DNA from: Klebsiella phage vB_KpM_FBKp24
Direction: 5' to 3' (one strand)
Sequence record: MW394391.1
DNA: 64,000 bases
The notes under the pieces are model-generated. The model was not told the origin of the DNA and did not search any database. It worked only from the letters and a program-made list of their open reading frames with translations. This document shows, in pieces, positions 57,257 through 64,000 of the stretch. Positions within the stretch are counted from its first letter, which is position 1. Each line of letters opens with the position of its first letter. Both the position numbers and the translations under genes were made by a program.

Positions 57257-57796
57257 TCAGCGTGTTATCGGATTCTGGACTTTCACGTAGGTGGAAAATC
57301 GACACCGTTCGTGCCAACTAAACTCGTGAGTTTCGAGTACCCAACCCTTATGGACCGTAGTATAAGAGAGTAGTTTACCGAGCTCCTGAATAAGGTCGAT
57401 GTCTAACTTTATATTACCGTTGGAGTGAATGGGGATTTCCGTGACGTAGATCTTCTGTACACGATCGATCAATTGTTTGTAGATACTGACCCCTCCGCAG
57501 ATAACAACCTCGTTGTAGCCTCTTCTAGAGGCATCTACGGCGATATCTTCGAATGAGCTGTAGGCAATGATATCAGGGATAGATTCGAATTGAGAAGGGT
57601 TACTTGTCAGAACGTAGTGGGTACGTCCCGGTAAAGCCCGTCCTATTCCTTTTGCTGTAGTAGAGCCCATGACAATCGCTTTATTTTTGGTTTTCCTGAC
57701 GAACCATTGCATATCTTCTTCAGAACGCCAAGGGAGTTTATCGTCTTGACCAATGACGAAATCAAGATCGTGTGCTACGATGAGAGAGAAAATCAT
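57257..57796 (-). CDS. folA: dihydrofolate reductase
   Basis: IFSLIVAHDLDFVIGQDDKLPW, AIVMGSTTAKGIGRALPGRTHYVLTS, VVICGGVSIYKQL...KIYVTEI align with E. coli FolA [21 protein letters not shown] / [25 protein letters not shown] / IMVIGGGRVYEQF...KLYLTHI. Confidence 0.85.
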   Translation of the reverse strand: MIFSLIVAHDLDFVIGQDDKLPWRSEEDMQWFVRKTKNKAIVMGSTTAKGIGRALPGRTHYVLTSNPSQFESIPDIIAYSSFEDIAVDASRRGYNEVVICGGVSIYKQLIDRVQKIYVTEIPIHSNGNIKLDIDLIQELGKLLSYTTVHKGWVLETHEFSWHERCRFSTYVKVQNPITR

Positions 57797-57977
57797 TGTG
57801 AGTTACCTTTCAGTGAGTTCAAAATAAAAAACAGAAACGTGATAATAGAGAGAGACGAATGTCTACCTGCCTAGTTTTAAAACTAATTCCTGAATATATC
57901 GGCGTAGGATAGGTTCTACTATAGTTTGATTCTTGTGACAATAACCTCACTACTAGCCCGGTTGGGCAGGAGATGAA

Positions 57978-59960
57978 ATGAGTACCAACTTTATATTCAT
58001 GCCAAATAATCAGTTCAGGTTGGTCGATAATGGTCGTGTCGCTAACGCTGGGAAGCTTTATATCGGTAAAGCAAACACAGATCCTACAGTCGCTGCTAAT
58101 CAGATAACCGTTACTGGTCTTGCCATTGACGGTACAAACAGTATCTTAAATCAACCAATTAATTTGGACAAGCATGGTTTCCCGTTGGACGAATTGGGAA
58201 ACGTAGTGACATTATCAGTTGACTCGCACTATAGCCTTGCTATCTTTGACGCGTACAGTAAACTACAACAATCAGTCAGTGCAGTGGAAATTAATGAGGT
58301 CGAGAGTTTTTCCTCCCTGCGTACATTACCTGTTCTCCGCGCCGGTCAAAGAGTTAGAGTGAAGGCTCATACAGCCGGAACTTCCTTGGGTGGCGGGGAG
58401 TTTATCGGTGTGTTGGGTACAAAAGCTGATGACGGCGGCGTTGTGGCCTCAGGTAGCGGCTTTTACTGGGTGAGGGTTATCAACGGTGTGGTAAATGTCG
58501 ATAACTTCGGCGCGCGGGGCGACGGGAGTGCAGACGATACTAACGCTATTCTCGCCGCACTTAACTACGCCATTGCTAATGGTATCTCCGTAGAGTTTAC
58601 CGCGAATAAAACTTACAAGATTACCGGCAGTACCGGGCTCAGTTTTGATATTGGTAAAATTTCCGTTGGTTGTTACAATGGTCGGGCTAAGCTGGATTTT
58701 AGCGGCTTCACTGGTACTACCGCTATCAACGTTTATTCTTCGTTAACTTATCCAACCTCCATGTACAGAAATACCACAAACCGTTTAATAGGACTGGAGG
58801 TATTTGGTGGGTTAACTACCGGGGTAAATGGGTTGTTAGTCGGTAATGACACTTACGATTACAACGGTCAAACTATTATTCAAAACTGTTCGTTCTTCCG
58901 GTTTGATAACGTGGTACTTTGCGCGAAGAATACGTGGCGAACCAAGTTTATCGCTTGTACGATTTCTACCGGGATAAGTAATATATTTTACGCGCCATCT
59001 GGTATTCTTAATTCTGGTGAAAGTATTACATTTAGCGATTGTCAGATTAGTGATTCTAATAACGCCCCTTTCACGGTTGCTTGCTCAAACTTCGCGATCG
59101 GCTTTATTGGTTCGTCGGTATTGAACACTCGATTAGTCATCAGCGGTTCGGGTAGCGTTGTCAGTATCGAAGGGATGAGTAATTTTGAAAACCCCAATGC
59201 CAAAAACTACTATCGGTTTGCTGAAGTTACCGGCGCCGGAGCGCGGCTGATTATCAGTTACTCAACGGTGGTCTGTAACACCCCTGCTATCCAAACAAAA
59301 CCACTATTTTACGTAGGGGCAAACGCATTCATCATTTTCAATGGAGTTAAACTCCAAGGTAATAGTTATCCTTTCGAATTGGATGCTACAGGACCAGGTA
59401 ACCGCCGGTGGATAGAAGGACCAGGATTTGTTTTTGCCACGGGCTGTACTTGTGATATTCTTTCTGGTGCAGGTAATATCCCGCTACATGAATCATTATC
59501 GCCGATTCGAAATTGGGATTTTGAAAGTGGTGATTTGAGTGACTGGGCTATTAATAACTCAGGATCTTCTGCTCAAACCGCGGTAGTATCGTCGACTTCC
59601 AGTAAAGTAGGTACGTATGGTTTACGGTTAACGTCAGTTAGCGGATTGAATATCTTCGCTACGTCTACATTTAGCGTGAAACCGGGTAGGTACTTCGCCA
59701 CCAGTTTCTGGGGACGAGTTGTTACGGCTAATGCCGGGGCAACGTCTGCAGGTAACTTAACACTCAGTTTTAAAACGGACGCAGGCGTGCAGATTAATGC
59801 ATTAACTGCTAATCTTCCTTCGAGTGTTACCGACTGGGCAGTTTACGGTGCCTTCATTCAGGGAGTTGTCCCACGTGGTGCTGCGAGAGCGGAGATTTCT
59901 TTACGAGCTTCTCAGGGCGCAGTTGTTGACTTTGATTCGGTTCTTTTCAATATGTTTTAA
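57978..59960 (+). CDS. tailspike / depolymerase-like protein (beta-helix) with C-terminal carbohydrate-binding-like domain
   Basis: VDNFGARGDGSADDTNAILAALNYA is a canonical pectate_lyase_3 start motif; N-terminal region paralogous to 37738-40416; Gly/Ser/Asn-rich beta-helix composition; 660 aa. Confidence 0.8.
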   Translation: MSTNFIFMPNNQFRLVDNGRVANAGKLYIGKANTDPTVAANQITVTGLAIDGTNSILNQPINLDKHGFPLDELGNVVTLSVDSHYSLAIFDAYSKLQQSVSAVEINEVESFSSLRTLPVLRAGQRVRVKAHTAGTSLGGGEFIGVLGTKADDGGVVASGSGFYWVRVINGVVNVDNFGARGDGSADDTNAILAALNYAIANGISVEFTANKTYKITGSTGLSFDIGKISVGCYNGRAKLDFSGFTGTTAINVYSSLTYPTSMYRNTTNRLIGLEVFGGLTTGVNGLLVGNDTYDYNGQTIIQNCSFFRFDNVVLCAKNTWRTKFIACTISTGISNIFYAPSGILNSGESITFSDCQISDSNNAPFTVACSNFAIGFIGSSVLNTRLVISGSGSVVSIEGMSNFENPNAKNYYRFAEVTGAGARLIISYSTVVCNTPAIQTKPLFYVGANAFIIFNGVKLQGNSYPFELDATGPGNRRWIEGPGFVFATGCTCDILSGAGNIPLHESLSPIRNWDFESGDLSDWAINNSGSSAQTAVVSSTSSKVGTYGLRLTSVSGLNIFATSTFSVKPGRYFATSFWGRVVTANAGATSAGNLTLSFKTDAGVQINALTANLPSSVTDWAVYGAFIQGVVPRGAARAEISLRASQGAVVDFDSVLFNMF

Positions 59961-59983
59961 ATAAAAAAAATAAGTAGTCATAG

Positions 59984-60014
59984 CCCTAGGGGATCCGTAA
60001 TGGATCCCCTAGGG
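59984..60014. terminator. perfect 13-bp palindromic hairpin (ccctaggggatcc gtaat ggatcccctaggg); T-run only on minus-strand side
   Basis: Lies between tailspike stop (59960) and stop of the convergent minus gene (60038); acts as rho-independent terminator mainly for the minus gene. Confidence 0.55.
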
Positions 60015-60037
60015 TACGTTCGCGCCGGAAAGCGGAA

Positions 60038-60760
60038 TTATTTAAACGCCGGGTGAAGTTTGATCACTTTCACTTCCGCAGCGAGAGCTTTGTCAGCTTT
60101 GGCTTCGGCGAGGTCGATGGCTTGCTGGAGGTTAACCCAGAATTCGACAGTGGTTTTGGTGGCTTTTGCCAGGCGGTAGGCGGTGCGGATGGTCAGTTTG
60201 GATTTACCGTCGAGCAGACGCGACAGCGTTGACGTTGCCAGGCCGATGTGTTTGGCGAAATCAGTCGGGGCGATACCAGCGGGTTCCAGGTACTCTTTCA
60301 GGAGAATTTCACCTGGAGTGGAGGGTTTGCGTGCTTTTGCCATTTTTTGGTATTCCTTTGGTTTATAAGGAGAAGTTAGTGGTGCGTTGTTACACAATAC
60401 TACTTCTTGACGTGAAAGATTACCCGGAAAGAGAATCGATCCGACGACGAAAATCTCTTGTTTTAAACCGTCCGGGGTATTACGGAACAGCGTAATCTGA
60501 TTTTTGTTTTTCGCCAGAAGATCGGTGAGTAGTTTCACGTAATAATCTGACGGGTTATCGAGATCGCGTAGCAGGAGAACCTCGGCTTCCGCGAAACTGA
60601 TCCTCTTCTCCTGCACTATCGACATTTGCAGCGGGAACTTCAGTTTATGGACCAGGATATCGTACGGTAACGAAATCACCTCTTTCGGATTATTCTCTTT
60701 ATCAAGAATATACCGATTGAGTTCTTCGTCTTTGATGTCTTTGTTCACGTAGTGAATCAT
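60038..60760 (-). CDS. HigA-type (HTH-XRE antitoxin-like) domain protein, in-frame fusion with unknown 139-aa N-terminal domain
   Basis: C-terminal 100 aa (from internal ATG 60343 with AAGGA SD) MAKARKPSTPGEILLKEYLEPAGIAPTDFAKHIGLATSTLSRLLDGKSKLTIRTAYRLAKATKTTVEFWVNLQ matches HigA/antidote HTH family (PGEIL.EEFLEP.G.S...LA..LGV....I..I..GKR.I....ALRLA..FGTS.EFWLNLQ); this part uses host-preferred codons, N-terminal part does not. Confidence 0.6.
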   Translation of the reverse strand: MIHYVNKDIKDEELNRYILDKENNPKEVISLPYDILVHKLKFPLQMSIVQEKRISFAEAEVLLLRDLDNPSDYYVKLLTDLLAKNKNQITLFRNTPDGLKQEIFVVGSILFPGNLSRQEVVLCNNAPLTSPYKPKEYQKMAKARKPSTPGEILLKEYLEPAGIAPTDFAKHIGLATSTLSRLLDGKSKLTIRTAYRLAKATKTTVEFWVNLQQAIDLAEAKADKALAAEVKVIKLHPAFK

Positions 60761-60815
60761 TTTGTTCTCCTTTATTTAAAGATTGGTGACCGTTTGTTGC
60801 CACCAACCGCCAAAA

Positions 60816-61250
60816 TTATTTGGTATAAACGAACCCGCTTAATGTCATACCTACCAAAGGATACGGTTTGACATTCTCTTCGTTGTCTAACATAATGGCA
60901 ACAACGGAGAGCGTAGGATATTCAGGGTCGGTTATGCGGTATTCCCCGCCCAGAAGAACTTTCCTTTTCTGTCTTTCAACTACTCCGATATGCGGTACTA
61001 AAACAGAGAAGTTCCCTTCCCGCGTCATGACGAAAGGGACACTAACTGAGAAACCGATATACTCTTTCTCCCCAGGGGGCGCAAACATAAGAGTATCGAC
61101 GATTATAGCAGAGTGCCCCTTAAGTTCATGCCCAGAAAAATCAGCGCGAGCTTTGAGGAAATCAAGCAATGGTAAGGGACCAGGTCTAGTTATCGGTACC
61201 CAGAGGTTACTAAATTTTTTTGCTTCCACGTTATGAATTCCTTCAAACAA
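60816..61250 (-). CDS. hypothetical protein (144 aa)
   Basis: ORF track. Confidence 0.5.
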   Translation of the reverse strand: MFEGIHNVEAKKFSNLWVPITRPGPLPLLDFLKARADFSGHELKGHSAIIVDTLMFAPPGEKEYIGFSVSVPFVMTREGNFSVLVPHIGVVERQKRKVLLGGEYRITDPEYPTLSVVAIMLDNEENVKPYPLVGMTLSGFVYTK

Positions 61251-61270
61251 TTAGTTAGTTACAAAGTACG

Positions 61271-61666
61271 TTATCCGATAGTGATAATACGTTCTTCAAA
61301 TCTGAGCGGGTTAGGAATGTTTACGTCATCCATTTCTGAAAGGTAATACGCGGCAAGTTCCCGCGTAAAGAGAGAAACACTCGTCTCAGATAATGCGAGA
61401 GCGTCTGCAACTTTGATGACAATATTGTTCCAGAAGTCGCTTTTTACTTTCACTTTTAGCGTAGGGAACTTCCCGTCGGCAATAAAATCTAGACCGTATT
61501 CAAACGTCAGATGGTCAGAACAACCATAATCCGTTTCGACGTGCAAATCCGATAACCTCCCTCTTAGTTTCTCCTCAGTCATCGTAGGCATGACTATACA
61601 TAGGTCGATATCATTTTCGTTCTTCTCTGCATTGCAAAGAATGAAGACCATTCGCTGACTGCTCAT
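61271..61666 (-). CDS. hypothetical protein (131 aa)
   Basis: ORF track. Confidence 0.5.
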   Translation of the reverse strand: MSSQRMVFILCNAEKNENDIDLCIVMPTMTEEKLRGRLSDLHVETDYGCSDHLTFEYGLDFIADGKFPTLKVKVKSDFWNNIVIKVADALALSETSVSLFTRELAAYYLSEMDDVNIPNPLRFEERIITIG

Positions 61667-61667
61667 T

Positions 61668-62078
61668 TTATTCTCCTTTTAAGTCCCTTAAATCAATAAG
61701 ACCATCGCAGTAACAGATTTTGAGATAATGTTCCTCGCCCTGAATAAATTTTACAATAGCCTCATTTACCCCTGTATCAATTATTTCGATACAACACAAA
61801 GAGACGGATAGTTCAGGATGGGATTTTTTTATTAAGTACGATAACTTCCTTGTGTTTTCCCGAATACCTTCTAAAGGAGATAAGTACTCGACCAAGACCA
61901 CTTTGTCATCTATTCTGCCTATGATAAAGGAAGCCCCAGTCGATAAATGACTGATCGGGTCTGGTATATTGTAGGGCTTAATGGTAAATTTACGGTCGCT
62001 ACCTATCAGCGTAAAGTCATACGTCCCCTCTTGTAGACCCGGTACAACATTTAAACCAAAGATACTCTCGATATCCAT
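61668..62078 (-). CDS. hypothetical protein (136 aa)
   Basis: ORF track. Confidence 0.5.
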   Translation of the reverse strand: MDIESIFGLNVVPGLQEGTYDFTLIGSDRKFTIKPYNIPDPISHLSTGASFIIGRIDDKVVLVEYLSPLEGIRENTRKLSYLIKKSHPELSVSLCCIEIIDTGVNEAIVKFIQGEEHYLKICYCDGLIDLRDLKGE

Positions 62079-62090
62079 TTTCCCTCTCTC

Positions 62091-62456
62091 TTAAGGCATG
62101 ACAACCCAATAAGGATCGTCGAGATTGTCGGCGCACCACCGCGCAACCTTTAAGAATTCTTCAAAGTCAGAAAACCCAATATTGTTGCGTTGTTCTTTCG
62201 TCATAGGCCAGCGCGTCAGTAACTGAAGTTTCTCCAGGAAGAAGTCATCTATTTTACCGTAACAAATCCCATCTTTTTCTCGTCCACTGAAAACAATATT
62301 GAGATAGTTGTTAGTGAAGTTGGCCACCGAATAATAAGTGGAATGGTTAATGAACAATGAATTATCCATTGGGCAGGTACTGGGGACTTGCGCAAAAAGT
62401 TTATTGCCGTCCTCGGTGTCTTCTTTGAGCTCACCAAATTGAAATAAGATTGCCAT
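62091..62456 (-). CDS. hypothetical protein (121 aa)
   Basis: ORF track. Confidence 0.5.
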   Translation of the reverse strand: MAILFQFGELKEDTEDGNKLFAQVPSTCPMDNSLFINHSTYYSVANFTNNYLNIVFSGREKDGICYGKIDDFFLEKLQLLTRWPMTKEQRNNIGFSDFEEFLKVARWCADNLDDPYWVVMP

Positions 62457-62539
62457 TCATTTTATCCTTTATAGCACGAATCCTAGGAGAGGTTATCTCC
62501 TAGGACGATGGAGTTATTTAATGTTTTTAATTTTCTCTT

Positions 62540-62572
62540 AGTTGAATAAAACGCGGGTTTGACCGCCCGCTT
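62540..62572 (-). terminator. rho-independent terminator (cgcggg/cccgcg stem, T-run on minus strand)
   Basis: Hairpin gcgggtttgaccgcccgc followed on minus strand by tttttattcaac, just after the stop of gene 62588-63394. Confidence 0.5.
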
Positions 62573-62587
62573 CGGCTTATAACAGGA

Positions 62588-63394
62588 TTACATTCCTGTA
62601 ACGATTGCTTTCAACCAAGCCTCGACAATGGCCTGATTTTTAGGGTAAAGCGCCACGTTACTAAAACCTTCTTCCGTAATCGTAATCGCGTAACGTTCAT
62701 CGTACTGTGGCAAACTTAATGCGGGAGTCACGGTGAAATACCGCGCCGGTTTAAACGACCCGTTAGAATTTAACCATTTAGTCTGGTCAAAAACGTAATC
62801 AATCTCTGCCCGCATTGAAACCCTGGCTTTGATCCCGCCGAACAGCGCATGGTATTGTTCGGTTATTTTTGGTTTCAGTTGCTGCCCCGGTGAGAGATTC
62901 TCGGTATTAAATACGGGTACGATAATCCCTCTTTCCGTTACGTACTCTTCAATGACTTCGAAGAACGGCGAGAGGGTCTTCAGATTCAAGGGGTAGCGAT
63001 CATCGCACTGAAACAAACCGTACGGGCGAATATCGATGTTGGGAGTGCGCAGTAAATACTCGTAGATGAATTCCCCAAACCAACGCATGATTCGCCCTTC
63101 CGGCGAACAATCGAACCACGCGCCCTTACCAGGTGTGGAACAGGTAAAACGGACTACAACTTTTCCCTCCACCGGCCTTTCAACAATTGATAACCAATGA
63201 TAATCGTTATTTTTGGTATAAGTAAACATCGGGTAAAGTTTAGCGGCGGGATGATCGAAAAGTGACTTTTTAGGAATGACGTTAACAGTCGTACCTTCGC
63301 CATCCTTTTCCGCTAAATCAACGATCATCTCTGGAACAAGGGGGTGAACAGCGTTTTGAGTAACCACTGATTTTTCGTTTGGTAAAATAATCAT
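62588..63394 (-). CDS. hypothetical protein (268 aa)
   Basis: ORF track. Confidence 0.55.
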   Translation of the reverse strand: MIILPNEKSVVTQNAVHPLVPEMIVDLAEKDGEGTTVNVIPKKSLFDHPAAKLYPMFTYTKNNDYHWLSIVERPVEGKVVVRFTCSTPGKGAWFDCSPEGRIMRWFGEFIYEYLLRTPNIDIRPYGLFQCDDRYPLNLKTLSPFFEVIEEYVTERGIIVPVFNTENLSPGQQLKPKITEQYHALFGGIKARVSMRAEIDYVFDQTKWLNSNGSFKPARYFTVTPALSLPQYDERYAITITEEGFSNVALYPKNQAIVEAWLKAIVTGM

Positions 63395-63509
63395 CGTGCA
63401 GTTTCCTTCTTCGTGACCAGTTAGTGGCCCGTTACGTTAGATAAGAGAATTTTAGATTCTCAGGTATAGAGTGTAGAGACTAGGTCTCTACACTTAAGTG
63501 ATATAGGCG

Positions 63510-63893
63510 TTAATTAACTTGGGTCTCGGTATTCTTCACGTAAATTCCCGTTTCAACAAATAACGAAAACCCTACGGCTGAAATCTCAACCTTCTCATTA
63601 CTTTCAGCAGTAACTTTTGCGCACATGTTGGTGTTTTCAGTATTGATCTCGCCAGTTACGCGAATAGTGGCTTTTTCAACGATCCCAGGTATAGCGACTT
63701 CCGCTTCGCTTTTCAAATCCAGAATCCGGAAATTGTAGTTCTCGACTTGGATAGGTGTGAATGTAGGGTAAGGGACAATTACATACCCTGCTGCCACTAG
63801 CTCATCTGCGTCATTGTATCGATTATAATGGACAAGTACCTTGTCTACATGGATCGCGGTAATCTCCCGGCGACACATTTCCTCCATTTCCAT
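63510..63893 (-). CDS. hypothetical protein (127 aa)
   Basis: ORF track. Confidence 0.5.
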   Translation of the reverse strand: MEMEEMCRREITAIHVDKVLVHYNRYNDADELVAAGYVIVPYPTFTPIQVENYNFRILDLKSEAEVAIPGIVEKATIRVTGEINTENTNMCAKVTAESNEKVEISAVGFSLFVETGIYVKNTETQVN

Positions 63894-64000
63894 TCTTGGG
63901 AAAGATAAGAAAAAGATATTAAACCCTTCCTTAGAATCTGCTTTAAAGAAGATATCTTTCCCTGTTTCAAGAATCCCGACGAAATGATGGTGGTTTTCTC

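Noticed and set aside
1973-60014. Recurring GC-rich hairpins (two identical copies) considered as possible CRISPR repeats or dispersed repeat elements
   Set aside because: Each sits at a gene 3-prime end, flanked by A and T runs. The stems differ in sequence except for one identical pair. There are no regular repeat-spacer units. They are intrinsic terminators.
60166-60495. Plus-strand ORFs 60166-60495 and 60183-60368
   Set aside because: Antisense to the HigA-like gene, whose codon-optimised sequence generates spurious Arg/Trp-rich ORFs.
1-64000. Search for tRNA/rRNA genes, integrase, transposase, CRISPR arrays
   Set aside because: No GTTCGAATC-type T-arm in a cloverleaf context, no rRNA-like stretches, no tyrosine/serine recombinase or DDE motifs found by eye. 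The absence of tRNAs in this window is not informative for the whole genome.

Overview
This window is a densely coded segment of a virulent tailed dsDNA phage genome, not a bacterial chromosome. The gene content is a T4 gp17-type large terminase, a codon-optimised structural gene pair, an endolysin with an N-terminal peptidoglycan-binding domain, thymidine kinase, PhoH, dihydrofolate reductase, nicotinamide phosphoribosyltransferase (NadV) plus PRPP synthetase, and two beta-helix tailspikes. By inference only, this resembles Felix O1-like (Ounavirinae-type) enterobacterial myoviruses. About 85 percent of genes lie on the minus strand as back-to-back short ORFs, many of them small membrane, secreted or unknown proteins. 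The few plus-strand genes sit in self-contained cassettes: a conserved ~65-bp promoter/leader element found in 3-4 copies, followed by GC-stem rho-independent terminators, two of which are identical. Points worth a second look: a glycosyltransferase cassette with host-like codon usage; a HigA-type antitoxin domain fused in frame to an unknown domain; a SpoT-like small alarmone hydrolase; a DHH/DHHA1 phosphoesterase paired with a HAD hydrolase; a NAD+ reconstitution pair (NAMPT+PRS); a host-derived YgiB-like lipoprotein; a cluster of secreted proteins; a cluster of tiny translationally coupled membrane peptides; and an unannotated 37-aa hydrophobic peptide right after the endolysin. I recognised no tRNA, rRNA, CRISPR array, integrase or transposase.
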